Assembly: GCF_009914755.1 (NCBI RefSeq)
Contig: NC_060933.1
DNA from: the human T2T-CHM13v2.0 reference genome, Homo sapiens
Length of the DNA: 64,000 nt
Direction: 5' to 3' (one strand)
A program made the translations under genes and the position numbers. Each line of letters opens with the position of its first letter. The stretch's first letter is position 1. The notes under the pieces were generated by a model. That model had not been told where the DNA came from. It made no database searches and saw only the letters and a program-made list of their open reading frames with translations. Shown in pieces: positions 43,570 through 57,830 of the stretch.

Positions 43570-44385
43570 TTTTTTTTTTTTTATATTTCACTTTACGTCC
43601 TGGAATACATGTGCAGAACGTACAGGTTTGTTACATAGGTATACATGTGCCATGGTTGTTTGCTGCACCTATCAACCCGTCATCTAGGTTTTAAGCCCCA
43701 CATGCAGGTATTTGTCTTAATGCTCTCCCTCCCCTTGCCCTCCACCCCCAACAGGTCCCGGTGTGTAATGTTCCTCTCCCTGTGTCCATGTGCAGAACCT
43801 GCAGTTTTGTTACATAGGTATACATGTGCCATGGTGGTTTGCTTCACCCTTCAACTCGTCACCTACATTAGGTATTTCTCCTAATGTTATCCTTCCCCTA
43901 GGCCCCCGCCCCCTACAGCCCCTCCCTGATGATCCCCTCCCTGATGATCCCCTCCCTGTGACCATGTGTTCTCATTGTTCAACTCCCACTTATGAAAACA
44001 TGTGGTGTTTGGTTTTCCTGTGTTAGTCTGCTGAGAGGGATGGCTTCCAGCTTCATCCATGTCCCTGCAAAGGACACAAACTCATCCTTTTTTATGGCTG
44101 CATAGTATTCCATGGTGTATATGTGCCACATTTTCTTTATCCAGTCTATCATTGATGGACATTTGGGTTGGTTCCAAGTCTTTGCTATTGTAAATAGTGC
44201 TGCAATAAACATACGTGTGCCTGTGTCTTTAGAGTAGAATAATTTATAATCCTTTGAGTATATACCCAGTAATAAGATTGCTGGCTCAAATGGTATTTCT
44301 AGTTCTAGATCCTTGAGGAATCACCATACTGTCTTCCACAATGGTTGAACTAATTTACACTCCCACCAATAGTGTAAGAGTGTTC
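43570..44385 (-). mobile_element. Chimeric L1PA 3' ends (L1PA8-like 43570-43792 fused to L1PA7-like 43787-44385)
   Basis: the terminal 3'UTR occurs twice with different diagnostics, joined at catgtg. Confidence 0.85.
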
Positions 44386-44678
44386 TCTTACTACACTTCC
44401 AATTTGGCTGGACTTTGAACTTTGTCTCTGGTCCCCTGCTTTTTACAGTCCCAAGAAACATGGCCTCATCCTTATCAAGACCAGAGAATGCTCTCAAGGT
44501 AAAACCTTAATTTTCATAAAATTATTGTCTTCTTGCCTGATCATTGTGACACTAAAGCAAGATTTTTTTAATGTTTCATCCAACTTTTAAGAATTATTTT
44601 AGTGGTAGGACTGAGCCAGGTTTCTAATCCACACTACTGCAGATAAAAAAATGACAAAAGGTAACTTTCAAAACTAGA

Positions 44679-45044
<366 letters not shown>

Positions 45045-46655
45045 TTAGCATTTGAACTTTAAAGTTGTTAGCATAAGGAGCAATGAAAACTAAATTTCTC
45101 CTGGGAGTTACTCATTTTTCTGGGTTGTAAATGAATGCCATATTATTTTTTGATGTTTAATGTAAAATATTATTGACTGTAATAATCCAATATGATCTAG
45201 GATATTCAGTCTTACACAACATAGGGATACAGTATAGGTTGATGTACATCCAAAATTATAACACACTTTGTTCAAACACAATGCATATTACATTTTCCTG
45301 TAGCTCAAATCTGTGTTATCTGTATTATTAAGAGATATAAGGAGAGGATTCAAAATAATAGCTGAAGAATTCTCATTAATTTTATGAATCTAGTAGATCA
45401 AAATGTTACTCTAACATTAATAATTTCATAATACAGACTGTGAGGCTTACATAAATCTGTTTCAAAAAATGTATAGCACTCTTTAGCTTTCATGTTGTAA
45501 GACATTCAGAATATAATCCAAAATAAAGTTGTAATAAATTATTGCATTTTAATGAGTATTTTAACATAAAATGTGAGTTTGGGATTATTATAAATCCAAA
45601 GACACATAAACTCAGTTTCTAAAAGATATGATTGAGGGGAAATCATGATTTATTATATCTTCATTTTATCAAAAAAAGACACAGTTATTATTTATAATAA
45701 AAATGATTACAATGCACACATACTCTTTTGTGAGTTGCCACAGAATTTTCTATTACCAAAACCTGTCAAGTTCAACACATGTCTAGAATATGTATAAATA
45801 AAGGTTGATCTGTGATATTAGATATTATCAAATAAAAAATATTCTTATTGAAAAAAATGTGATTCCTTATGACAACTTCAGGGCATCTTCTATTTGCCCC
45901 CTGTCATCAACAGGGGAAATTTTCTTTCCTACATTTCTCACTAATCATTTCTGACAAGTAGTTGGCAAGCTTAACTATAAAGGGTCGTCCATAGGGTTCT
46001 AGGTCAACCTTACCCTTTGGGAAGAAAGTATACATGATGTCTATGAATAAATGCCCTCCAACAAAGGAAAAGGACAATGCTTTACATAGTGTGTGCATAA
46101 TCATTTTTCAACATAATTAGCTTATTTGTGACATGATTTTACTGTCATTGCAGGTGTTTGACATGACCCACGCTTTTTCTTTGTGCCAAGAAATACAATG
46201 GTTTTGTATTACATTAATACTTTAGATCATCTATAATATGAGTCAGGTTTGGTTAAAAAATATATAAAAATAAAAATCTCAGTTCTATTTAAAATACTAA
46301 TGAAAATATCTTACCAAAGTAAGACATTAGCAATGCATTATCTGTCACTTGATATTTTGTGTGTTTGCTCATTTCAACAAGGGAAAGAGAATTAGAAAAT
46401 TGGAAGAAAAATATTTAAGTAATTCTTGTAAAATTAATATACATATTAAATATCATGAAGGGTAGAAACAGAGTTAACATTTAAAATGTTTATAACTAAT
46501 GTGTAAATTTAATTGAAAGCCAACTGATTGCTCTGAATTTTTATGAGGAATAATCACAATTGTACAGAAAATAACTGACACCGAAAGTATCTACCTTTTC
46601 ACATTTAAATGCAAGTGACTTTTTGTTCATTCATTCAAAAATTATGGATTATTAT

Positions 46656-46994
46656 ACTTTAGCTTAAATGTTTGTCTCCCCTCTAAAAGCCATTTTGAAA
46701 CTTAATCCTCAATGCAATAGTATTAAGAAGTCAGGCCTTTAGGAGTAATTAGGCCATGAGGACTCTGTACTCATAGATGGGATTAGTGCATTACAAAAGG
46801 GCTGAAGGGAACTAGCTAATGTAAGGACACAGCATTCAAGTTACCATTTTAGAAGCAGAAACTGGGACCTCACTTGGTGCCAAACCTGCCAGAACCATGG
46901 TTTTGAACTTTTCAGCCTCCTGGACTGTGAGAAACAAGTTTCTGTTCTTATCAGTCTCAGCTATTTTGTTACAGAAGCACAAGCGAACTGAGAC
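46656..46994 (+). mobile_element. MSTD/MLT1A-type solo LTR
   Basis: aatgtttgtctcccct..gaaacttaatcctcaatgcaatagtatt..cagcctcctggactgtgagaaa..gaactgagac. Confidence 0.8.
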
Positions 46995-48059
46995 CTGAGA
47001 TGGGAGTGTTTATGTGCTAGGTATGGAGCTAATTTCTGAATAAATAAAGATGAATACATTCTATGACCTCATCATCTAGTGCCTGTTACAGTCATGCAGT
47101 GGATATTTTTTCTTGCCTTCTTATTACTCATTTTTGCTCTCCTCACTAAATATTGAGGAAAACATGAATGCATCATCAGTTTTTCCACTGATACAACTGT
47201 TTAAGAAGTACATATGACATTATATTTTTTCTTTCTGTATTCTGTAGACTTACCTGTAAAGTCTAAGGCTAACATTGACTTTATGCTAATTAGTACTGTG
47301 TTCATTTCAGATGTGTAATATGCCTTGTACAAATATAAATAGATAAAACATTAAAGGTGCTACTACTCAAAACACACAGGGAATAAAATATTCTATTTGA
47401 AACATCAACATAGAGTTTACACTGAGGGAAATTTTTATTCATTAGTTTAAATGGGGCAAAATACAATAAATATTATTTGGTTAAAATAGAGAAAGTTAAG
47501 TGGAAAGATGAAATGATGAAGAGCGCAGAGAAAATTGTTCAGTTTGCATACAAATTGGGAAATTAACACCTAACCTGCCTAGGTAGAATTTCATAGCGTT
47601 AACTAAAATAATTACTTAAACTTACAAGATTTATTAGAAAAATATGAATAGAAAAATAAAATGCATTGTTGCATTTTATGTAATTTTACTTGAACTTAGT
47701 TTATAACATGTACATAGATTAAGTTGATTTAAATATTTTATGTACAAAAAACTATATTGTTGAAGATTCTAAGAGCTTAAAACTAAAATACAAGATAAAC
47801 ATTTACTTTACAAAAATAGTAAATAAGATGAAGAATTTGAAAGAATTTAAGAATTAATTTCAGTTTCTTTTCCAAAATGTATGTGGTTAGCCTACAATGC
47901 TTTTACAATCTGTTATTTTATGAGTATGAATATTGATTTTATTATTACCTAAACATGTATTATTTTTAAAGTATGGCAAAAGAATTAAAGTTCTATAGTT
48001 TGACAAAGCTGTAAAGCAGATCAATCCTTTGACAGCTTAATGAATAAAGCATGCATGTA

Positions 48060-48240
48060 GTTGACACTAATTCATTTAATAAACATTTGTAGAACATATA
48101 TGTGTAAGAAATTGTGCTAAGGAGATGAATGGCACATTAAAATAAGAAGACAAGTTTCCAGATACTAAGGAGTTTATGTAACTGTAAGGTACATAAAACA
48201 ATACAAATGAAAAGGCTAAAATAAGTCAGAAAATGAAGGG
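48060..48240 (-). mobile_element. L2 3'-end fragment
   Basis: ttcatttaataaacatttgtagaac..tgtgctaagg. Confidence 0.55.
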
Positions 48241-48606
48241 AAGAAAACAAATATCCATATTAAGTATACATAATATCTCAAATATTCTTTAAGATGTCTT
48301 AAATAGATTTTAATATTTAATCCTAATGACAGGATAATCTGATTTATTACAGACGATATAATTGAGGCTAATACAAATCTGTTGACTTTAAATTTTCAAA
48401 GTCTTCCTGAATTATTTGACTGTATAATATTTTGGTAAACATAAATAAGTGGATACTAATGCATTGAAACAGAAACAGAATACTGTTCAAGAAATAGAAA
48501 AAAATGAAACAATAGAAAAGATCAAATTTGTAGTATGACTACAATTTAAGATTTAATAAAGACAAAAATAGAAACCAATATGTAGTTAGGAGGATAGAAA
48601 AAAGTA

Positions 48607-48939
48607 CAGTGGACCCTCCATATCCATAGGTTCTGCATGTGTGGATTCAACCACCCATGGATCAAAAATATTTGGAAAAACATTTATGAAAAAGTGAACA
48701 CATATGGAATTCTGCCTTGTCATTATCCCCTAAAGAACACACTATAACTACCTACATAACATTTACATTGTACTTGGTATCATAAGAAATCTAGAGATGA
48801 TTTAAAGTATGTGACAGTGTGGATGTAGGTGTATAAAATACTATTATACATCATTTTATGGAAGGGTCTTGAGCATCTGTAGATTTTTGTGTCTGAGGGT
48901 TCCTAGAACCAGTACCCCACAAATACAGGGGAACAACTG
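48607..48939 (-). mobile_element. MER2 (TcMar-Tigger), full length
   Basis: cagtggaccctccatatcc...ggggaacaactg with TA on both sides; aatctagagatgatttaaagtat. Confidence 0.9.
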
Positions 48940-49286
48940 TAATGAGTTCCTAGTAAACTAGGCTGAAGTATTATAACTGTACACAAAATAATTTAAGGCA
49001 GAATGATTAAATAATATATAGCAGTATGTATAAGAAGTGAAGATAATTGAAAATTAAATTGATAGGAAAGACATGACAAATATAATGAAATCAATGGAAA
49101 AGCTAAAACTTTAGCAAGATGTACAAGCAAGGATTGGGTAGATTTCATCTGAAAGATGTAATTTCTAATGACAAAGTACTTTAATAGTCTAGCCTAATAT
49201 TTTATTGTACCTTAAAACTTCCCTCTGGCTCATTCTGGTCTTATCACACCAGCTTTCTTATGGCTTCTTTTATCTGCCAAGAATTA

Positions 49287-49528
49287 TGCTCTGGTCTAAT
49301 TGACCTCCCCAAATTTGTATATTAAAATTCTCACCACCAAGGTGATAATAGTAAAAAATGGGCAATTTGGTAGGTGACTGGATCATGGGAGTGGAGCCCT
49401 TATGAAAGGTGCCAGAGAGACCCCTCCCTCTTCCACCATGTGAGGTTAGACTGAGAAATACATCTCTGTGGTTTATATGCTGCTCAGTCTATGGCATTTT
49501 GTTATAGCAGCCCATGCTAATGAATACA
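49287..49528 (+). mobile_element. MLT1A-type LTR, internally deleted
   Basis: TG..CA ends; ccttatga..cttccaccatgtgagg; cagtctatggcattttgttatagcagccc. Confidence 0.8.
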
Positions 49529-50688
49529 GATGACCGTGTGTCTGCAGACCTTCCTAGGAAATTATTGAGTCCTTCATTGAATACTAAACTGTGAATACAT
49601 GAGAGAAAATAACAGAAGCCTGGGGTAAAATGCCAACACAAAGGGTTTGAAGAACAATTCTCAAAGCTCAAGAAAACTCTGCAAATATTATTGTTGCCAC
49701 AAACCAAAGTAGAAGACAGGGTAATATATGAGCTATTAGGTAGAATCTTTGGAAGAATCCTGCTTTTGTGATGGAACTCACTCATTCCTAAACCTAAAGC
49801 AACTCTACATCTTCTCTAAGAAAATTTTATAGCAATCTCTAAAAGCATCAAACTGATTCCAAATAATTTAACTGTGTTTGAGAACAAAATACAAATATAC
49901 AAAAGGAATTCAACAAAATCCATCACATAACAATATAGAATTCACAATATCTGGTTTTGATGAACATAATAATTAGTGTTGAAACATGTTAATTCAGTTG
50001 TTAAAAATATGCTTTATTTTTTCAAATAAGATGGGAAAATATGTATATTATGAGAAAATAAAAATGGAAGAAATAAAAACAAGCAGACTCCTAAAACAGA
50101 AAAAATAAGTATATTAGATTAAAAATGTATGAATAAATTTAACAGCACTTTAACCATTGTAGAAAAAATACCAGTGATTTTGATAACATAACAATATAAA
50201 CTATCCAAAACAGAAAACATAGACACATTTGAAAAAACAACCACACTGTGTTGGACAATATCAAGCAGCATAATACAAGAAGAGATGGAGTCCCAGAAGA
50301 ACACTGAGTGGATGTCTGTGTGTGAGTATGTGGTAGGGAAGAACAAAACCAAAAATACGAAGAAATGATTGCCAAAATGTTATTAGAATCACAAATAAAG
50401 ACAAAATGGCAAGGTAAACTATTGTCTAATTTCTGAAAATCAGTGATAAAGAGAAAAATCTTAAAAGGCATCAGAGATGACAAAATAATCCACATCAAAA
50501 GAAATACACACACACACACACACACAAATACGGGCAATTTTCTTCAGAAACTATGAAAACTTGGAGACAATGGAGCAATCATAAATAATTAAATAATAAA
50601 AAACAGCTTTATCTACATTTTTATAACAAGTAGAAAATTTTAAGCACTAAAGTAAAATAGGGCTCGTTTATTTTTAGAAAATTAAAAA

Positions 50689-50873
50689 TAGGTTTGGAAC
50701 TAGGGTAAAGTAAATGACACAACTAGGTCCCAAAACCTAAAGAGCTACTCACTTTCAGAGTTATATATTTGAGATTGAGAGTGCAAGACTTGTGCCTTGT
50801 GTGACCCGAGAGAGTTCCTCATTAAGTTTTTCACCAGAGGTAATTTGCTCATCTCAACGTTGTCTCAGCACTG
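50689..50873. mobile_element. MER96-like hAT-Tip100 palindromic MITE
   Basis: ggaactagggtaaagtaaatg..ctagg..aaaacctaaagag..actcactttcag and the inverted arm gagagagttcctcattaagtttt..ttgctcatctca..ctg. Confidence 0.6.
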
Positions 50874-51051
50874 AACAAAATCTAAAGAATTTCATTGTCA
50901 GCCACCCTCCATTGTCATTTATAAGAAAGAGTCCTAAGGCAGAAGTAAAATTTTATGAGAAGTATATGTGTGTCTGCAGAAAAAAACTGGCAATGTATTA
51001 TACTGCATATCAAGTGATATACTGTTATTTGAAAGTAGGCTGTGATGAGTT

Positions 51052-51140
51052 AAGTATTTATATTTTAAAACTTAAAGTAGAAGTATTTATATTTTAAACC
51101 TTAAAACAGAAGTATTTATATTTTAAACCTTAAAGCAGAA
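51052..51140. repeat. 29-bp tandem repeat, 3 copies
   Basis: aagtatttatattttaaa(a/c)cttaaa(g/a)(t/c)ag starting at 51052, 51081 and 51110. Confidence 0.92.
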
Positions 51141-51574
51141 CCTAAAAAAAAGTACATTAGTAAACCAATAGTAGAAATAACATAAAATAATGAAGTACAT
51201 ATTTAACTAATCTACAAAATGTAAAAAAAGGATAAAAAATTGAACAAGGAGCATATAAGATAAATAGAAAACATAGCAAGAAGGTATATTTAAACCTAAG
51301 CTTATTCATAATCACATTACATTACATGTAAATCATTCATACACATCAATGAAAAATCAGAAATCTAATTCTGTCTACTAAAATTCTACTGTAAATATAA
51401 ATACATAGATATCTGTGTGTGTAGTACAAACAAAAATTTATAGAAAACTAGAGTTACTATATTAATGTCAAACTAAATATATTTCAGAACGAAATATATG
51501 ACCAGTGATAGAAAATATACTCACTGATTATAAAGGGGTCAATTTATTAAGATAACTAAACAATATTAACACAA

Positions 51575-51705
51575 AGAAACTATACAAGTTAAGGTGATGA
51601 ATATCAGAATCCTGATTTGATAATTGTATGTCATATGCTTGTATGCATATGTATCCCATACATATGTGCAACTATTATGTATCCATAATAATTAAAAATT
51701 TTTTA
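51575..51705 (+). mobile_element. L1MA 3'-end stub
   Basis: aggtgatgaata..cctgatttgata..atgtatcccata..actattatgtatccataataattaaaaa. Confidence 0.7.
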
Positions 51706-51809
51706 GAAATAAAGAATTAGATAAATGTAATAGTGCCATGTGTTTATGTTAGAAAAGAAAAAAGAATCTAATCAGTTCCTAAAGCAAATTAAACCCAAAC
51801 AAAACAGAA

Positions 51810-52257
51810 TGCTGTTGTCTGAATGTTTGTGTCTCCTCGAATTTCCTATGTAGAAATCCTAACTCCCAAACTTATGTTATTAGGAGATGGGGTCTTTTGG
51901 GAGGGGCTTAGGTCATGAAAGTAGAGATCTGGGGCTCTTTTATAAGGGTACTAAATTAGTACTACATTAAGGATAGTAAATGAGTAGTTTTCTTACATAA
52001 GAGACCCCAGAGAGCTACCTTGCTCTTTCCATTATGTGAAGATGCAGAGAGAAGGAACCATCTATGAACCAGGAAATGGGCCCTCATCAGACATCAAATC
52101 TTTGAGAGCCTTGATTTCAGACCTCTCAGCCTCCAGATCTATGAGAAGTAAATTTATAAGTTATAAGTTTATATTATTATAAATTATAAAATTATGTTGT
52201 TTATAAGCCACAACAAAAAGGTATTTTTCTATTGCAGTCAAAATGTACTAAGGTACA
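51810..52257 (+). mobile_element. MLT1A-type solo LTR
   Basis: tgctgttgtctgaatgtttgtgtctcc...ccatctatgaaccaggaaatgggccctca...ctaaggtaca. Confidence 0.85.
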
Positions 52258-54942
52258 AAGAAATAATAAAATACATATAAGAACAAAAATCAATAAAAAT
52301 TGAAAGAACACCAAAATGGAATATCAATAAAATAAAAAGCTCATTTATTAAAAAATGAAAAAATTCTAGCTATACTCAACAAAAAAGAGAAAAAATACTA
52401 AATACTAAAGCCAGTAATGAAAGACTGTCACTAATTATACTACAGGTTATAAAATGATAGTAAGCACACAATGTTTAAACTTTATGCAAATACATTTTAA
52501 AAGTTTGGTAAACGGACACATTACTTGAGAGAAAAGAGGTTACAAAATTCACTTAAAAATAAAGAGACACCATGAATAATCCTGCATCTATTAAATACAT
52601 TAAATCTATAATTTGAAACTCACATACAAAATAATTCCAGGTCAGGAAGGTTTCACTCTTGTATTCTCACAATCTTTAAAGAATAAATAGTAACAATTCT
52701 ATGCAAAGTCTTTCAGAAATAAAAGAGGAAGCAACCCTAACAGTACATTATATGAGGTACAGATTACCCTTAAAGGAAAAAAATAGGTAGAGATTAACAG
52801 AAAACTACAGATCTACATTTTGATTTAAAAAATTTGTATAGGATTATTTTATTAAAAGTAGAAAAGCATTTGATGACATTTCACACATATTCATAATAAA
52901 GACTTACAGAAAAGTAGGCAAGAGAAACAAATTATTTCAAAAGTAATAAACATATATAAAAATAGTTAATATAGTGAAATACCAAATGGTTCCTCCTACT
53001 ATAAGAAAGAATGCAAAAATATCCACTATGAACCATTCTGTTTGATACTTAGAAAACTGCAATACAGTGCTGAGAGACATTAAGGCAGACCTAAATAAAT
53101 GGAGAGATAAACCAAGTTCAATAATTTGAATGCTTTATAGTGTTAAGAAGGTAGTTCTACTAAATTGATTTCTAGATTAATTGCAATATCAGTCCAAATC
53201 TCAGTAGGCTTTTTATATAAATAACAAATATTTTTTCAAAATTACTATGTAATGTTATAAAATATTATAAATTAATATTGAAAATATTTTACATGAAAGT
53301 TCAAATTTCTGGACCCTTTTAAGATAAGAGGATGGCAGTGTTTCTATGGTATAAACACTAAGTATATAAAAACTGAAGACTTCTATTAATATCAGACAAA
53401 ATGGGCCACAAATCAAGAAATATTTTTAGCAGGATAAAGATCAATATAATTGGTCCAATTCATCAAGAGAACCTGATAATGCAAAATGTTTTTTCACACA
53501 TTAACAAACAATTATGCATTTAAAATATTCAAGACAAAAACTTACAGAATTGAGAAGAAAAATATACAAATCCACAATATATTTAAAGATTTGAAAACTA
53601 TTTTCTGATATTATTAAACAAGTAAATAAAAAATTTTAAAGAAAATATCTACAAATTCAATGACATTATAACCTAACAAGTTCTAGGATGCATGGAATAT
53701 TATATTCATCACCAGCAAAAACTTATTTTATTTTCCAAGTGCACTGACATTCATCACATGTTAGGTAACAAATAATAAAGTTTCAACAAATTTAACAGGA
53801 TTAGATCATGGAGAGTATGTTCTCTGACCCAATAGAATTAAATTTAAAATAAAAAACAAAACCAAAACTACAATGAAATCCCCAAATATTTAGATATAAT
53901 AAACTTCTAATGATGCCTTGTAGCAAATAGTAAATCAAAAGATAAATTAGAAAGTATTTTGGTCTGGATAAAAATAAAAACACTACAACTTCAGGATTCC
54001 TTTGGAGAAATACGAAGTTTTTAATGTTTGTATTAGAAAAAGGAGAAATGTCTAAAATTAATGACACAAATGTCTACCTGAAAAAGTGAAAAGAAAACCA
54101 AATTAAACAAGAAGTAGAAAGTAAAATATAGAGAAAAACTAAAATTTTATAAAGACATAACAGAAATACAAAAGGAAAAGATGAAATTTAAAACGGATTC
54201 TTTGATAAAAGGAATAAACTGAATTAAATTCTAGATAGTCTGAGAAAGATACAAAGACAGAAATCTGTCAGCAAGCACTTTCAGGAAATAAAGTGGGCAA
54301 GGTTGGGAAGATGGTGGGTGTTGTAAAGATACTACAAATATCTAAATGATAATAACTTAAATTATAAAAACTTTATGCCAATAAATTTGATAATGGTTGA
54401 ATAAATTGTATGGTTAGCAAAATAATCTTTACAATTACTCTAGAATAAATAAAATTTCTTCATATCTTTAGATTTATTAAAGATACTGAATTTTAATTTA
54501 ATACCTTCTTAGGGGAAACAAATTCCAGACTCAGGTGCCTTCACTGTTAAATTTCATTCTTTTTAAATAGGTAAATGTTACAGTGATTATTACTCAAGTG
54601 TATATCCTGAGAATTTTTACAATAATTTGTTACATAGATTAACTTTTTTTTCTTCAAAATACAACTAATTTACTGATTATACTTTTTGGGTCTTCTATTA
54701 ACATTATTAGCAAAATTTAGAAAATTTATTCATTTATATACAAAATTAATAGATACATTAAATACTCTGTGCCACCCAATGCCCAATTCACTGAGAGCAT
54801 TTTACTGGATAAACAAAAAATTTTGACCCTTGATTACCTTATTGTTGGAGGTAACAAACCATAGAAGATAGACAATAGTCAATGTAAAAATAAATAAGTG
54901 GTTTTGACAATGGACAATAAGCAAAAATACCTGTTCACTTGT

Positions 54943-55319
54943 TGTATTGGTCCGTTCTCACACTGCTATAAAGAGCTGCTAGATGCTGGTTAATATATAA
55001 AGGAAAGAGGCTTAATTGACTCAGAATTCTGCAGGTCTGGGGAAGCCTCAGAAAACTTACAATCATGCCAGAAGGGGAAGCAAACCATGTCCTTCTGCAC
55101 ATTGTGGCAGGAAGGAAAAGTGCAGAGTGAAGGGGGTAAAAGCTTTTTATAAAACCACCAAATCTCATGAGAACTCACTCACTATCACGAGAACAACATG
55201 GGAGAACCACCCCATGATCTAATCACCTCCCGGAGATCCCTCCCCCAACACATGGGGATTATAAATCTGATTATAATTCAAGATGAGATTTTGTGTGGGA
55301 ATGGAGCCAAATTATATCA
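54943..55319 (-). mobile_element. THE1C/D solo LTR (within an L2 remnant)
   Basis: tgtattggtccgttctcacactgctataaag...gagccaaattatatca. Confidence 0.9.
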
Positions 55320-55585
55320 CTAGAAAAGATAATATATATAATACATAAGTAAATTTTATAGTATACTAGCAGATGGTTAATTCTACTAACAAATACAGAA
55401 AGGTAAAGGATGAAAGGGATCTCTTGCTTAAGAAAGGGATACACATTTATATGTGTTGATTTTAAGGAATCAACAAGGAATGATTAGCAAGACTTGAAGA
55501 GAAAGGAGAAGCCATGTGAGTCTCTGGGGTGGAATGTTACAGGCAAAGATAAAAGCCAGGAAAAAGCAGACACTTCCTATATTCC

Positions 55586-55933
55586 TGTATTCATCCATTT
55601 TTATGCTACTGATAAAGATATACCCCAGCCTGGGAAATTTACAAAAGAAAGAGGTTTAATGGACTTATGTTTCCACATGGCTGGGAAAACCTCACAATCA
55701 TGGCAGATGGCCAGGAAGAGCAAGTCACATCTTACATGGATGGCGGCAGGCAAAGAGAGAGCTTGTTCAGAAAAACTCCCTCTTCTTTAACCATAAGATC
55801 TTGTGGGACTTATTCACTATCATGAGGATGGGATGGCCTGCCACCATGATTCAATTATCTCCCACCTGGTCCCTCCCACAACACATGGGAATTCAAGATG
55901 AGATGTGGGTGGGGACAAAGCCATACCATATCA
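55586..55933 (-). mobile_element. THE1A/B solo LTR, no matching TSD
   Basis: tgtattcatccattttt..gataaagatatacc...ccataccatatca; flanks attcc / ccatc. Confidence 0.9.
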
Positions 55934-55939
55934 CCATCT

Positions 55940-57830
55940 CTGTGCAAATGCTCTCTCTCTTCTATTTACCTCTGCAATTCTAGCTAAATTTTCCTTTCTA
56001 AGCCCCAATCTTCAATTTCTCAACATACAGGGAGAGTTATCCTTTCTTTGGATTATCCTTTCACTGTGTCTTCTGGAAACTGAGAGAAAGCTTGGGATAA
56101 GTCAGATTTTATTTTTTCTTTTGTCAGGGATCAGCATCCTCAGCTTCTTGTCAATGGTTAAAAAATCACTGTTGATTATATTTTGTCTGCAGTTAGTTTT
56201 TATTTGTGTGTGTGTGTTTTTGTTTTTTGTTTGTTTTGTAAAGAATTTAGTTTAGTTCCTCTTACTGTATCATGGTGAAGTACAGCTATCTTCAACCTAT
56301 TTTTTCTGACCAATCTTTGTCTTTATATTGATTTAACATTACTTTTTAAATTTAGTCTTAAAATTCTTACTTTAAATAGTAGTTTTAGACTACTTATATT
56401 TAATATTGTTATCTATATTTTGGCCTTAAATCTACTATCATAAAATTTATTTTCCATAAAATTTAATCTGTTCTTTATTACTATTTTCCACTTTTGATGC
56501 TTTATCTTGGATTAAGTGTTTAATTTTGAATTTTATTTTATTTCAATTAATAAGATTATTAGTCATATGTTTTTGCTTATTTTGTCCTGTTAGGTGCTCT
56601 AAGGTTTATACTATGTACCTTAACTTTCCAATAACATTAAGGTGACTGAATATTTTTGCCCTGATACCTAGAAAAAGACAAGCATGCTTGCTCTGATAAA
56701 TTCTTTTGAAGCTTATACTACACGTCTTAGCAATGCATTGAGAGAGGTAAGAATACATACAATTTAGAAAGAAAGATGTCTTTCTTCACAGATATTATTA
56801 TATTCTGTGCAGAAAATAAAAAAGATATTTGCAAAAAAGTTAGTAAAATTGTGTGTTTATCTAGATCACAGGATATAATAATAATATACAGAAATCCATT
56901 ATATTTTGATAGATTTGCAATGACCATTCATAATCTGAGATTTAAAAAAAAAAACAAGGAAAATAAGGGAGTGCTCAAATGCTAAGAAAGGCACGTTAAA
57001 AGAGCTGAGAAACTTGAATAGTTCCTACTAGCAAAATTAGCAAAACTGAATCAATAAAATAAGTAAAGGAACAGATCATGGGCCACTGAAAGAAATAGGA
57101 ATCCATGGGTCCACGTGAGATAAACCCATGAATTAATGAATGAATAAAAGAAGGAAACACTATTATTTTCCCACAGAGTGCCAACCAATAAAAGGAAAAG
57201 GGTTGATATTGTATGTTAAAAAATTATCATTTGAAAATCTTCACATTGTAATTTGATTGAGTGTTGAGGCATCAATGGATGCTAAACCTAGTGGGTAAAT
57301 GTTGGAGAAGAAATGTATCTCTCCACAAAACACTTAATTTTAGATTAATTACATGTATATATACATGTATACAATAGATAGTCTATATATAAAATATCAT
57401 TTCATGTCATGTTATATTAATATAAAGAAAATGAGGAGTACCTCTGCAATAGAGAAATCTGGAAGACATTACCTTTCAAATGATCAAAATTAAAATCACC
57501 ACTGATGGGAAAAATTAATTTCATATATAACCTGAAGAAATATGATAAGAAGAGCATAGCACCATGTTGGTGATTTTATTGCCAATAATGCATGTCTTGA
57601 CACCTCATTATGAGAAAACACCAGACAAATCGAAATTGGGAGACATTCTAAAAATAGAATCCATTGGAATATTACCTTCAAAAAATGTTTAGGATGCTAT
57701 GAAGGGTGAAGAAGGACTATGGAATGCTTCTGATTTAAAGAAGTTAAAGAGACATAGAAACCAGGAACAACACATTATCCTGAAGTGGATTGTTTTTTAT
57801 AAAAAGCATCAGGGCAGTTTGTGAACTAGA
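55940..57830. mobile_element. Old L1M fragments (antisense ~55940-56640; sense L1MC-like 3' region ~56740-57830)
   Basis: gagaaatctggaagacattacctt..tgatcaaaattaaaatcacca; cagacaaatcgaaattgggagacattcta. Confidence 0.55.

Larger units (their letters stand above)
49780..54560 (+). mobile_element. Old L1M remnants (ORF1/ORF2, at least two pieces) with nested insertions
   Basis: A-rich sense L1 motifs: gataaagagaaaaatcttaaaaggcatcagaga; EN-like segments at ~51450 and again at ~53380; atgttctctgacccaatagaattaaa. Confidence 0.7.

Noticed and set aside
44370-44390. TSD for the chimeric L1 (agggcattct vs agagtgttct)
   Set aside because: Too degenerate, and it overlaps the L1 consensus itself.
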